The notes: generated by a model from the sequence alone, not told the origin. 61,149 bases of DNA, filler included, from Candidatus Woesearchaeota archaeon (GCA_016180285.1; 3 parts of 3 records of this genome joined end to end with filler, not necessarily neighbours in it); one strand, 5' to 3'. Counted from the whole stretch's first letter, positions 8,834 through 21,776 are shown. Numbers and translations are program-made.

Positions 8834-10167
8834 TATTGCCCCAATTCCTCTTTATATATCGAAATGACTTCAGCTTTAAGCTTATTTGGAATCGCAGGCG
8901 AAGGATGAACTCCGAAAAATTTCTTATAGAGCTCATCTTCCCTTTCTTTTGCTTCGTCTATGAACTCTTTCTTGAACTTTTCAACGAGATATGTATTGCT
9001 GCCTCTCTTTGACGCCAGATAAAAGGCGAATAATTGCTCGTCCCTCACTGCTTCAGGCTTTTCATATATTCTCTTAATGGCTTTGTTAAACAAGACGTAT
9101 AAATTCCCGTATTCTTTACCAAAGAAATTTTTGTTGAAGGATATGCTTTTTATATCGCCGCCAACCGCAGAAGTATAGAGAAAAGTTCTTGCGCATGTCG
9201 AGCATTTATAGCACCACTTATTTTCCTGGTTCTCATAAGGATCGTGCGGGCAAGACATCTGGAGTTCCGCCAGGCGGGGGTATCTTTTATAGAGAATTTT
9301 GTATTCAGACAAGCAGTATAGCGGGTTAATCAGGCTTGCCACTCCGATTTTTTTTCCTGTAAACTGCATAAGGGCATTATTCTGGCCTTCAATGCATTCG
9401 CTGCTCTGCTCGTATGACGGGTAGCATTTAAAACCCTGTTCGTCTATGAAATAATCATTAAGATTGTGCTCATTCCCGAATAGAACTGTATTATGCCCGA
9501 AGCCGTAAGCGAACGGCAGAAGCATAAGCATATACCCGTTCATTGCATTGGATCCGTAAATGCCTTCTGAATTGATCGTATTTAGCGACTTATCGCATGC
9601 AATATTGTCTGTATTGTCCCTGAGTATGGAAACATCTTCATTGAATTTTTTTTTGAATTTGCCCATTATGCTTAATTTGTGCTTTAATTCCACCTTTCCG
9701 CAGTCCCTGACAAAAACAAGCTTTACCGGCAGCTTTATTTCTCTTGCAACTGCATATGAGAGAAGGCTGTCCTTTCCGAATGACATGCCCAGCACCGCGC
9801 CATCTTCTGTATCTGCATCCTCCTCAGGAATTGAAGCTTCATCTGAATTGAACCTGAATTCTGCATTTTTGAAATTTTCAATCATCTCCCTGACTGATAA
9901 ATTATCCTCATGGGCGAATCTTGGAAAATCCTTTATTGCGCATTCGTCAAAAAAGCTTTTTAAGCGCGGCAGAGCGCTGTTGAAGGCAAATTCATCCTTC
10001 AAAAAAGCCGAATAAGAAGCCAGTTTCGCATAAGCAAGATTGCCTATTATGCTTTGCTTTGTTTTTAATTTCAGACCGGTCCAAATATTTTCAGGGTATG
10101 TGACTTTGTATCCTTTATTTGCATTTATTGCAATTCCTTTGCTCAATATCGCGCTGTTTATATTCAT
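8833..10167 (-). CDS. PP-loop ATPase, MurL (peptide epimerase)-like
   Basis: MSFGKDS PP-loop followed by GNE, QMSC and WCYKCSTC in the order seen in MurL-type proteins. Confidence 0.55.
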   Translation of the reverse strand: MNINSAILSKGIAINANKGYKVTYPENIWTGLKLKTKQSIIGNLAYAKLASYSAFLKDEFAFNSALPRLKSFFDECAIKDFPRFAHEDNLSVREMIENFKNAEFRFNSDEASIPEEDADTEDGAVLGMSFGKDSLLSYAVAREIKLPVKLVFVRDCGKVELKHKLSIMGKFKKKFNEDVSILRDNTDNIACDKSLNTINSEGIYGSNAMNGYMLMLLPFAYGFGHNTVLFGNEHNLNDYFIDEQGFKCYPSYEQSSECIEGQNNALMQFTGKKIGVASLINPLYCLSEYKILYKRYPRLAELQMSCPHDPYENQENKWCYKCSTCARTFLYTSAVGGDIKSISFNKNFFGKEYGNLYVLFNKAIKRIYEKPEAVRDEQLFAFYLASKRGSNTYLVEKFKKEFIDEAKEREDELYKKFFGVHPSPAIPNKLKAEVISIYKEELGQ

Positions 10168-11222
10168 TCTGCCACAACTGCTCTTTTTATCCCATATCTT
10201 TCAGATGCATAATCTATGATTTTCCCGATTAAGAGGGGATATTCCAGGCCAGCTGCCTTTGCAGCCTTCGGAAACCAATAGCTCGGGTCTATCCCTGCAA
10301 TAGGGTTCAATTCCAAGACATTAACTTTTCCTTTTTTATCAAGCCGCATGTCTATCCTGCACCAGTCCCTGCACCTTAATGCCCTGTACGCCTTTAGCGC
10401 AGTTTCCTTTAATTTCAACTCAAGCTCTTTCGGAATCTCAGCAGGGCAGATTGAAGCATAATCAACATAGTTTTTGCTGTTTGAAAAATTTTTATCAACA
10501 GACTTGATCAAAGGAATAACAGGCTCATCAACCTGGAAAAGAACAACCCTTTCGCTTTCTTTCAATTGCTCGCTGAATTTTACTTCAACTGGAGGGAATG
10601 TTATTGGATTGTCATTTCCTATTACGCCTACTGTGAATTCCCTTCCTGCAAGGAATTCCTCTGCCATGACCGGCCTGCTGTAAGTTTTAAAAAGATAAGC
10701 CAATTGTTTTTTAAGCTCAGCATCATTCCCGACAACAGAGCTTTTTGTGAGGCCCATTTTTGAGCCTTCATCTTTTAATTTCAGAATAACAGGATAAGCT
10801 ATGTTTTCATTTAATTTCTCATTCTCGCCATTAAAAATCTGGAATTTCGGAGTTGCTATATTGTGGTGCAACAGGATTTCTTTCGTCCTAGCTTTGTTCA
10901 GGCAGATTGCCAGTGTTGATGGGGCAGAGCCTGTATAAGGGATGCCGAGCATTTCGCACATAAAAGGAATGTAGCTTTCCCTTGATTCGCCTGAAATACC
11001 TTCAGCAATGTTGAAAACCAGATCAATCTCATTTTTCTCGTTTTTCAGAAGCTCATAAGCATTTTCATCTGCTTCAATCAGGATAACGTCATGGCCGTTT
11101 TTTTCAATAGCTTCCTTTAAGGCATCAATTGTTTCTTTGCTGTCAAGCTCAGCTATTGCATCTACAGGCTTGTTTTTCAGTATTTTCTTCTTTATCTGAT
11201 TGTATGCCAGGGCAATATTCAT
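10164..11222 (-). CDS. ATP-grasp ligase, D-Ala-D-Ala ligase family
   Basis: VFNIAEG, IPYTGS, LNKARTK, DEGSKMG, EEFLAGREFTV, RIDMR, LELNPIAG. Confidence 0.9.
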   Translation of the reverse strand: MNIALAYNQIKKKILKNKPVDAIAELDSKETIDALKEAIEKNGHDVILIEADENAYELLKNEKNEIDLVFNIAEGISGESRESYIPFMCEMLGIPYTGSAPSTLAICLNKARTKEILLHHNIATPKFQIFNGENEKLNENIAYPVILKLKDEGSKMGLTKSSVVGNDAELKKQLAYLFKTYSRPVMAEEFLAGREFTVGVIGNDNPITFPPVEVKFSEQLKESERVVLFQVDEPVIPLIKSVDKNFSNSKNYVDYASICPAEIPKELELKLKETALKAYRALRCRDWCRIDMRLDKKGKVNVLELNPIAGIDPSYWFPKAAKAAGLEYPLLIGKIIDYASERYGIKRAVVAE

Positions 11223-12253
11223 ATGTTGTGCCTCTCTATCGCATTATCAACTATTGCGTTGATCAATTGACCATAACTCATTCCTGCTGCATATGCTGCC
11301 TTGGGCAGCCTTGAATTTTCCTTGGGGTCGGGCATGATGCCGGGCAATGCATTCACTTCCAAAACTTTTGGAATTCCTTTTTTATCGAGCCTTATGTCGA
11401 TCCTGCACCAGTCCTTGCAGCCAATAGCATTGAAAGCATCTAATGAGATTTTTTTAATTTTGTCTTCTGTTTCCCTGTCAAGCTTCGCAGGGCATACCAG
11501 AGGATCGATCTTGCTGTTTGGATTGTCGTAAATCCATTTCACCTCATAAGAATCAATTTTCTTTATGTGCTTTGGCAGATAATCAAAAGTAATTTCAACA
11601 AGAGGGAGGACTTTTTGGCTTCCATTCTCAATTACCGAGGCTGTAAACTCTCTTCCTTCAATGAATTCCTCGGCAATTGCGGGCTGACTGTAATTTTTAA
11701 TCAGCTCTTTTATTTTTAGTCTCAGCTCTTTTTCTGAATTCACGATATTATTGTTCCTGATTCCCTTGCTTGAGCCTTCTCTTAATGGCTTTATAATTAA
11801 TGGGAAATTTAAATTTTCATTTAGTTCCTCATTTTCATCATTGAAGACCTGGAATTTTGGAGTCGGTATATTGCTGTAAGAAAGAATTTCTTTTGTCCTT
11901 GCCTTGTCCAATGTTATAGCGAGCGTTAAAGCGCTTGAAGCAGTATGCGGAATATTAAGCATCTCGCAGAATGCCGGAATGTGCGATTCTCTGGCATCTC
12001 CTCTTATTCCTTCAGCAATATTGAAGACAAGGCCTATTTTATTTTTCAAATCCTTTAGTTTTAAGAATGCATCTTCATCAGCCTCAACAAGAATTACGTC
12101 ATTGCCTTTGCCTTCAATCGCATTTTTTATTGCATTGATCGTCTGCTCTGTATCAAACTCCGCATACAAATCTTCAGGCTCACCTTCTTTTGGGCTTCTT
12201 TTTTTGTTGTATGTTAAGGCGATTGTTAATTTCCTATTTTTTTCACGATTCAT
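11219..12253 (-). CDS. ATP-grasp ligase, D-Ala-D-Ala ligase family (paralogue)
   Basis: VFNIAEG, LDKARTK, KPLREGSSKGI, EEFIEGREFT, RIDIR, LEVNALPG. Confidence 0.9.
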   Translation of the reverse strand: MNREKNRKLTIALTYNKKRSPKEGEPEDLYAEFDTEQTINAIKNAIEGKGNDVILVEADEDAFLKLKDLKNKIGLVFNIAEGIRGDARESHIPAFCEMLNIPHTASSALTLAITLDKARTKEILSYSNIPTPKFQVFNDENEELNENLNFPLIIKPLREGSSKGIRNNNIVNSEKELRLKIKELIKNYSQPAIAEEFIEGREFTASVIENGSQKVLPLVEITFDYLPKHIKKIDSYEVKWIYDNPNSKIDPLVCPAKLDRETEDKIKKISLDAFNAIGCKDWCRIDIRLDKKGIPKVLEVNALPGIMPDPKENSRLPKAAYAAGMSYGQLINAIVDNAIERHNI

Positions 12254-12365
12254 TTAAAATTATCCCCATCAAAATAAAAAATTTTATTGACATTTATTCC
12301 GACGATCATAATTATGATGGAACTTGTATATAAATTTAGTTATTTGTAAAAAATCAGACGATAAA

Positions 12366-13172
12366 TCACCTGCCTTCATAAAGCCTTTCGGCAAGATAAT
12401 CATCATTCATGATTTTTCTTATTTTGTCAGCAGCTTTATTAATGTCATACGGAACGCATTTAAGCTCTATTTCTTTTTCATCGCTGTTTTCGCTATTGTA
12501 AAGAATGCAGTATTTTGCATTAACTGATCCATCTCTTGGCTGGCCTACGCTTCCTGGATTGAATATGCACCTTTCGCTTTTTTCAAAAGCCAAAGATAAA
12601 ATCTGCTCCATATTGACATTTTCTATATTTAAATCTTCAAACTTTAGAGTCAAGCCTTCATCAATTTTCTTGCAAACATATGCGCATGGCTTATGGGTAT
12701 GCCCAATAAAGCACAGGTCTTCATCAAACTTTTCAAAAGCATATTTGCTTGTAGTGTAATAGACATAATTTTTATACGAATCTGGAGGAGAGCTATGGAC
12801 AAAGCGAACTCCATCAATAACCATAAAGTCTTTAAGGTTTTTCAGATATTTTTTTGATTCTCTGGTGAGCAAATTTTTCGTTATTTTAAGAGCATTACGA
12901 GCATGGTCATTAAAATCCATATACGATTTAAAATCCGTGAATGATTCTTCATGAACTATGGCAGAATCATGGTTTCCCCTGACAGACTTTATTTTATATT
13001 TTTTGAACAACTCAATGACTTCATTCGGAGATGCGCCGTAGCCGACTATGTCACCCAAGCAGTATATATCTTTTATTCCGTGCTTGTCTATGTCTTCCAA
13101 GACGGATTCCAGAGCTTCCAGATTTGAGTGAACATCTGATATTACTGCAATTGCATTGTTTTTTGGCATCAT
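12366..13172 (-). CDS. Calcineurin-like metallophosphoesterase
   Basis: SDVHSN, LGDIVGYG, RGNHD, GHTH, NPGSVGQPRD. Confidence 0.92.
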   Translation of the reverse strand: MMPKNNAIAVISDVHSNLEALESVLEDIDKHGIKDIYCLGDIVGYGASPNEVIELFKKYKIKSVRGNHDSAIVHEESFTDFKSYMDFNDHARNALKITKNLLTRESKKYLKNLKDFMVIDGVRFVHSSPPDSYKNYVYYTTSKYAFEKFDEDLCFIGHTHKPCAYVCKKIDEGLTLKFEDLNIENVNMEQILSLAFEKSERCIFNPGSVGQPRDGSVNAKYCILYNSENSDEKEIELKCVPYDINKAADKIRKIMNDDYLAERLYEGR

Positions 13173-14113
13173 GTGTAAACTATTCTCCCAATATTATGGG
13201 TTGCGGCAGCCATGAACTTGAATTTCTCAATCACAGTCGGCACGTATTTTTTATTCCACATATGCTCATATAATTCATCGCACTGCTTTATGATCTCTGC
13301 CTTTCTGCGTGCCATTCTGTAAATAAGCTCTCTGTCATCTGTGTAATATGCCTTCATAGTATTAAGATACGTGTCCTCAACAAGAGAAAGCAGATCTATT
13401 AGGCTTTTTTTATCTGCATTGCTTAATCTTACAAGCGCAAGGTATCTTGCAGTCCTTTTTGCCTCATCAGCAATTTCTTCAAGCACATATGCTATTCTCC
13501 ATGCATCAAGTATGGCTGCAGATGACATTTTAAAGTAATTCGAAGCCAGCGACGGGTTATTCAGCGCATATTTCAGAATCCTGAGCAGGAGGTAATAGAG
13601 GCGGTTGACATCATCATCGCGGTGCCTGATGTTTTCATAGCTGCTTTCGCTGATAACTGATTTTGAATCTGAAATCATGGCCCTCGTCATTATCTCCATT
13701 TTCCGGATGAGGTCTTTTACAGAAAGCTCTTTTGCATTCAGAAATGATTTTGTGATGATCTTTTCGGATGTCTGCTCGATTATTTCAAGCGCCACCAGGT
13801 CATGGATCAGGTCCCTTATCTGCTTTGCCCTTTTTTTCAGCTCTTTGCCTGTCAGCATTATGGTTGTGAAATTGTTTATATATGCCGGAACAAGCTCTCT
13901 CTTGATTTCTTTAATTGATTTTCCGTCAACATCTATTGTGATTTCTTTTGCATCACTCTCTTCTTTGATGCCAGGGTATAAGCTTATATCGCCATCTCTC
14001 TCCTCAATATATATGGGATCGCCTTTCTTAAGCTTGTTTTTCTGCACCCACGCTTTCGGCAGCGAGATTATGTATGAGTTCTTTCCGAATCCGATTAATT
14101 TCCTGAATTCCAT
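13169..14113 (-). CDS. phoU: Archaeal AbrB-PhoU phosphate uptake regulator
   Basis: N-terminal AbrB motif RKLIGFGKNSYIISLPKAWV; PhoU-like RDDDVNRLY and LEEIAD. Confidence 0.85.
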   Translation of the reverse strand: MEFRKLIGFGKNSYIISLPKAWVQKNKLKKGDPIYIEERDGDISLYPGIKEESDAKEITIDVDGKSIKEIKRELVPAYINNFTTIMLTGKELKKRAKQIRDLIHDLVALEIIEQTSEKIITKSFLNAKELSVKDLIRKMEIMTRAMISDSKSVISESSYENIRHRDDDVNRLYYLLLRILKYALNNPSLASNYFKMSSAAILDAWRIAYVLEEIADEAKRTARYLALVRLSNADKKSLIDLLSLVEDTYLNTMKAYYTDDRELIYRMARRKAEIIKQCDELYEHMWNKKYVPTVIEKFKFMAAATHNIGRIVYT

Positions 14114-14270
14114 AGCTTACACTCCCCTCTTTTACCGTAAGTTTTACAGAACCGCATATAGCCGTTATATGGTATATATGGTATATAGAATAAGTATATA
14201 TATTTAATTGTTTTAGAGTATACAGGTCAAAAAGGGGGTCAAACATCAGTTTAACTTGGGAGGCGAAGCC

Positions 14271-14420
14271 ATGAAAGATGATAAAGATGAGGAATTTGAA
14301 GATGACGAATTTGTTTATAGTGATGACGAAAGGGAAGAATTGGTTGAAAATGATGAAATAAGCTCATGGGAAGCTGCGTTTATAAAGGGATGGAAAGAAG
14401 CCATAAAGACCGCTGAATAA
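14271..14420 (+). CDS. Small acidic protein (49 aa)
   Basis: Below ORF-track cut-off; GGAGG RBS; MKDDKDEEFEDDEFVYSDDEREELVENDEISSWEAAFIKGWKEAIKTAE. Confidence 0.7.
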   Translation: MKDDKDEEFEDDEFVYSDDEREELVENDEISSWEAAFIKGWKEAIKTAE

Positions 14421-14438
14421 GCGATATTAAGGTTTTGA

Positions 14439-14663
14439 ATGAAAGCACATTACGAAGGGCTTCCTGTAAGGGAATTTGAAGGAACTGCTTATTATAGAAA
14501 ACATGATGAATGGTGGAGATGCTCTAATAATTATCGTGCAACAATTAATGCCGCCAGTAATCTTGAGTTTTTTTACCAGAAAGAGCTGGAAGAAAAGGTT
14601 GTTAAGATAACTCTTGTAAAGCCAAAAAGCAAAACAATAGACAAACTGTTGAAAGTGGCTTAG
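14439..14663 (+). CDS. Hypothetical protein
   Basis: 74-aa ORF following the acidic ORF. Confidence 0.55.
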   Translation: MKAHYEGLPVREFEGTAYYRKHDEWWRCSNNYRATINAASNLEFFYQKELEEKVVKITLVKPKSKTIDKLLKVA

Positions 14664-14730
14664 TTTTCTTTATCCAAAACACCAAAATTCTGCCAATTTA
14701 AGCCTTATCTCGCCATTCTACAAACGATAG

Positions 14731-17973
<3,243 letters not shown>

Positions 17974-18013
17974 TGGCAATAATTTATATATGAGTTTCGA
18001 TAAATAAGTATAA

Positions 18014-18493
18014 ATGAAAATAAAAAATAACTATAAGTTAATATTTTCAATCATAATCTGCCAATTGGCCGGATTGATCGGATCATTCTTTACAGCGTCA
18101 TCTGTTGACACATGGTATGCCGCATTAGAGAAGCCAGGCTTTAATCCGCCAAACTGGATCTTCGGGCCTGTGTGGGTTGCATTATTTCTTTTGATGGGCA
18201 TTTCGCTGTATTTGGTGTGGGAGAAAGGGATCAAAGCAAAAGGTGCTAAGATCGCATTGATATTTTTTGGAATCCAGCTTTTGCTTAATATGGTGTGGTC
18301 AATTATCTTCTTCGGGTTAAGGTCTCCATTATATGCTTCAATAGAAATAATAATTTTGTGGCTGGCAATCCTGCTCACAATCATAAAGTTTTACAAGATC
18401 TCAAAGCCGGCAGCCTATCTTCTTGTTCCGTATATTCTGTGGGTGAGTTTTGCAGTTGCGCTTAATATTTCAATAGTTTTTATTAATATGTAA
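18014..18493 (+). CDS. tspO: TspO/MBR tryptophan-rich sensory protein
   Basis: WYAALEKPGFNPPNWIFGPVW, QLLLNMVWSIIFFG, LLVPYILWVSFA. Confidence 0.93.
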   Translation: MKIKNNYKLIFSIIICQLAGLIGSFFTASSVDTWYAALEKPGFNPPNWIFGPVWVALFLLMGISLYLVWEKGIKAKGAKIALIFFGIQLLLNMVWSIIFFGLRSPLYASIEIIILWLAILLTIIKFYKISKPAAYLLVPYILWVSFAVALNISIVFINM

Positions 18494-18635
18494 TGCACAC
18501 AGCAAAAATAAGGGGCTCATATTATGGGCAGCCTTCCTGCCAGTCCATTGTATCTTTTTTAATTAGTTCTTTCTTTTAGATTTTCTTTTGTTCCCAGTAG
18601 GCGAATGGAAAGGGATAAAAAGAGAAAACGCCCTT

Positions 18636-19253
18636 CTATGATCCGGTTGTGTAATTCATATCAAGTATTTTAATCTTCACTATGCCTTCCTTATCTTGTT
18701 CTTTTATTTTGTTTAGCAAGATAGATAGGTCATATTTTTTAAGTGAGTATCTATCATCCTCCCTATCTGCCTCTACCATTAAATGCACTTTTTTTTCTTC
18801 CGAGAATCTAAAATAGTAATCACCTATGTGAGGCAGTCCACCATTCAAAGGCATATCCAAAATGTCCTTATTTTTATGTTCTCCGAATACTCTACTCAAC
18901 AATAATCTACCTATAGGATTGATATCATCTACCTGAATATAAAAACATTCGGCTGTTTTACCCACCTCCAGCCTTAATTTCAACAAAACATAAAATTGTT
19001 TTAAATATCCTTCAAGCTCAGATTTAGTTGTATTGTAATTAACTAACACTTCTTGGTGCTTACTGTCAATCCTATCAGAAAGTTCAGAAGATAAGTCTGT
19101 TCCTTTTAGACTTTCTTTTAAGTTCTTTAGTCTTCCTTGAGTTGATTCTTCCGATCTTAGATCTTGGGCTTTTTTATACAGATCCAGAAATTTTTTTAAT
19201 TCTTCTTCACTTACTTCTTGAACATCTCTTGTACTGTCAGCCACATTTGTCAT
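18636..19253 (-). CDS. Hypothetical protein with coiled-coil N-terminus
   Basis: 205-aa ORF; TTTATATA and GAGG upstream. Confidence 0.7.
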   Translation of the reverse strand: MTNVADSTRDVQEVSEEELKKFLDLYKKAQDLRSEESTQGRLKNLKESLKGTDLSSELSDRIDSKHQEVLVNYNTTKSELEGYLKQFYVLLKLRLEVGKTAECFYIQVDDINPIGRLLLSRVFGEHKNKDILDMPLNGGLPHIGDYYFRFSEEKKVHLMVEADREDDRYSLKKYDLSILLNKIKEQDKEGIVKIKILDMNYTTGS

Positions 19254-19360
19254 TCTTCAACCCTCTACTTTATTTACATTATAAAAGTATAGCTATATAT
19301 AAATATTTCTATTTTTAAGTAGTGATGATCTGCAATCATTAGCTATTCTTATTTGCAATT

Positions 19361-19382
19361 AAAAATCTTTATAAATAAAGTG
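19361..19382 (+). promoter_or_regulatory. BRE/TATA promoter of tRNA-Lys
   Basis: AAAAATCTTTATAAATAAAGTG, same motif and spacing as 5322-5342. Confidence 0.8.
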
Positions 19383-19399
19383 CATATTCTTTTATTATT

Positions 19400-19474
19400 G
19401 GGCCTATAGCTCAGCCTGGTTAGAGCGACTGACTCTTAATCAGTAGGTCGCGAGTTCGAATCTCGTTGGGCCCG
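19400..19474 (+). tRNA. tRNA-Lys(CTT)
   Basis: GGGCCTA/TGGGCCC-G, D stem GCTC/GAGC, ACTGA-CTCTTAA-TCAGT, GCGAG-TTCGAAT-CTCGT. Confidence 0.97.
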
Positions 19475-19595
19475 CTATTGGAAGTTTAATGTCAATTTCT
19501 GTTTTCTGCACGCCACCACAATGGCGGCTTACGCACAAGCTCATTACATTCGCTTGTGCTACGAGCCACTCCGAAGGAGCCAACCCTCGGCTCGT

Positions 19596-19702
19596 CAGCG
19601 CCATGGTGGCGTGCGGCGAGGAGGGGTTGCTCCCTACGGGAAACCGAGCAGGACAAAATTTTGTTAAAAATTTTGACCGTCGCACCGCCACGAATGGCGC
19701 TG
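19596..19702 (+). ncRNA. Unassigned structured RNA element, copy B (compact)
   Basis: Closing stem CAGCGCCAT..GTGCGGCG/CGTCGCAC..ATGGCGCTG around GAGGAGGGGTTGCTCCC, CGGGAAACCG, AGCA and a GGACAAAA hairpin; same order as copy A. Confidence 0.6.
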
Positions 19703-19732
19703 TAACTTATTTATTTTTACGATTACATTTTC

Positions 19733-19745
19733 TACGAACTTCGTA
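19733..19745. promoter_or_regulatory. Putative Lrp/LysM-type operator upstream of lysC
   Basis: Palindrome TACGA-ACT-TCGTA just upstream of TTTTAAA; similar site at 21920-21932. Confidence 0.6.
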
Positions 19746-19792
19746 ACTTTTTCAGTTAATTTTTTAAATGTGGAAGAATTACCATTCTCAAT

Positions 19793-21115
19793 ATGATCGT
19801 CATGAAGTTTGGGGGAACATCAGTCGGAAGCGCTGAGAGGATCAAAGCAGTGCAGGATATTGTGAAAAGCAGGTTAGATAGAGATCCGATTGTTGTTGTC
19901 AGCGCTGTCGGCGGCATTACGGATAAGCTGATCAATGCAGCAAATCTTGCATTCCAGAGCGGGGATTATTCTGCTGTTCTGAATGAGATCAGGGAAAAAC
20001 ATCATGCAATAATAAAAGAATTGGGGCTTGACAATTCTTTAGTGCAGGACAAGCTTGATGAATTTGAACGATTAATTGAAAGAATTGCTAAATATAAGGA
20101 AGTCACAACAGAGACAATGGATCTTGTGCAGTCTTTCGGCGAGAGGATGTCTGCCAGGATTGTTGCTGCACACATGACAAAGCAGGGCATGGAAGCAGAA
20201 GCGCATGATGCGTATGATGTAGGATTAATAACAAATGACAAGTTTGGCGGAGCAGAGCCATTGCCAGAATCAGAAGAGCAGATGAGAATGCATTTGTCAG
20301 ATAAAAAAGCAATTCCGATTATAACGGGCTTCATAGGTAAAACAAGCAGCGGAGCAGTTACAACATTAGGCAGAGGCGGCTCTGATTACAGCGCTGCAAT
20401 TATAGGAGCGGCATTGAATGCAGAAGAAATACAGATATGGACTGATGTGGATGGCATGATGACAACTGACCCGAAGATTGTGAAAGAAGCAAAAACCATT
20501 GAAAATATAAGCTTCAATGAGGCTGCTGAGCTTGCTTATTTCGGGGCAAAGGTCCTGCATCCAAAAACAATACTGCCTGCAATGAGAAAAAACATTCCGG
20601 TAAGGGTGCTGAACACTTATGAGCCTTCAAATGAGGGAACTTTGATTGTCAATGAGCCGTCAAGATCTGAAAAAATAGCAAAGGCGATTGCTATAAAAAA
20701 GAACATAACTGTCATAACAATAAATTCAACAAGGATGATTGATGCTTACGGATTTCTTGCAAAGATATTTGACATCTTCAGAAAGTACCACGTTGTTGTT
20801 GACATGGTCTCAACAAGCGAGGTAAGCGTTTCAGTAACAGTTGACAAAAAAGACAATCTGGATAAGGCGATAGGGGAGTTAAACAGGTTTGCAACTGTAA
20901 ATGTTGAAGAAAATAAGGCGATTGTCTGCGTTGTAGGCGAAGGAATGCACCATATTCCAAATGTTGTCGGGCCGCTGTTCAGCGTTTTAGGAAGAAATAA
21001 CATAAATATCGAGATGATCTCCCAGGGAGCATCTGAAATTAACACCGGCTTTGTTGTGAAGGCTGAAGACGCAGAGAATGCTGTCAGAGTATTGCATGAG
21101 GAGTATTTTGGGTAA
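19793..21115 (+). CDS. lysC: Aspartate kinase
   Basis: MKFGGTSV, VVVSAVGGITD, SFGERMSA, TLGRGGSDYSA, WTDVDG, two ACT domains. Confidence 0.96.
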   Translation: MIVMKFGGTSVGSAERIKAVQDIVKSRLDRDPIVVVSAVGGITDKLINAANLAFQSGDYSAVLNEIREKHHAIIKELGLDNSLVQDKLDEFERLIERIAKYKEVTTETMDLVQSFGERMSARIVAAHMTKQGMEAEAHDAYDVGLITNDKFGGAEPLPESEEQMRMHLSDKKAIPIITGFIGKTSSGAVTTLGRGGSDYSAAIIGAALNAEEIQIWTDVDGMMTTDPKIVKEAKTIENISFNEAAELAYFGAKVLHPKTILPAMRKNIPVRVLNTYEPSNEGTLIVNEPSRSEKIAKAIAIKKNITVITINSTRMIDAYGFLAKIFDIFRKYHVVVDMVSTSEVSVSVTVDKKDNLDKAIGELNRFATVNVEENKAIVCVVGEGMHHIPNVVGPLFSVLGRNNINIEMISQGASEINTGFVVKAEDAENAVRVLHEEYFG

Positions 21116-21153
21116 AAGAAAGATTTAAATATATGTGGGCATTCTAATAGAAT

Positions 21154-21273
21154 ATGCAAAAAACAACGAATAGGTTAAAAGGAGAAGAATTGATTAAAGC
21201 TATAAAGGAAGCTCAAAAAGACCCGGAGTTTATTAAAGAAATAAACAAATTTATTAAAGTTACAACTAGTTAA
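21154..21273 (+). CDS. Small helical protein (39 aa)
   Basis: Manual translation MQKTTNRLKGEELIKAIKEAQKDPEFIKEINKFIKVTTS; TTTAAATA upstream; converges on the PIN gene. Confidence 0.5.
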   Translation: MQKTTNRLKGEELIKAIKEAQKDPEFIKEINKFIKVTTS

Positions 21274-21776
21274 AATTCGTATTTTACTCTCAGATCTGAA
21301 TATTTCCAAAAGTTAGGGTGCCATGCTCCTTCTTTCAGTGTTATATGCCTATAGGCTTTCATAGCCGGCTTACTTAACATAGTTGTTGAATCATCAGAAA
21401 CTACAACATCCAATTTATAGAAACTAGCACAGGCAACAATAGTAAAATCAACATCTATATTGGTTTCTTTCCAACTTCTTATTCCCCCGAATTCCCTATA
21501 GGCATTGTAGAATTTTAAAGCCAGCCTGTTAATTTGAATTGAATCCTTCAGGTACCTTCCTTTCGTTAACTCGTCATACAGGCCTAAAAGGAGGTTTCTT
21601 TTCCTTAATTTGCCTAGCCTTTCGTTCTTTGGCGTGTCTCTTAATTCTTTTCTTATTGGCTGAAAACCGTATATAACAAAATCTTTATCTTTTTCAATCT
21701 TTTCTCTTATTACATCTATCTCTTTCTCTTTGATTAATAAGCCATAAACATTAGTATCAAATATTACCCTTAACAT
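21270..21776 (-). CDS. PIN-domain protein
   Basis: VIFDTNV, IRKEL, DFTIVACA, VVSDD. Confidence 0.8.
   Translation of the reverse strand: MLRVIFDTNVYGLLIKEKEIDVIREKIEKDKDFVIYGFQPIRKELRDTPKNERLGKLRKRNLLLGLYDELTKGRYLKDSIQINRLALKFYNAYREFGGIRSWKETNIDVDFTIVACASFYKLDVVVSDDSTTMLSKPAMKAYRHITLKEGAWHPNFWKYSDLRVKYEF

Noticed and set aside
6054..12253. Pyrrolysine system, EF-P beta-lysylation or peptidoglycan synthesis
   Set aside because: No PylS/PylD/CUA tRNA, EpmA or Mur ligases in the window; the radical SAM enzyme is PLP-dependent KamA type.
19616..19660. Resemblance to SRP helix 8 (GGAAAC..AGCAGG) or RNase P (GAGG..GCTCC..GAGCA)
   Set aside because: No CAGG opposite AGCA, no P4 3' strand, and copy A interrupts the region with hairpins.
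19475..19792. Lysine riboswitch or T-box upstream of lysC
   Set aside because: No L-box or T-box consensus, and lysC has its own TATA about 25-30 nt before the ATG.
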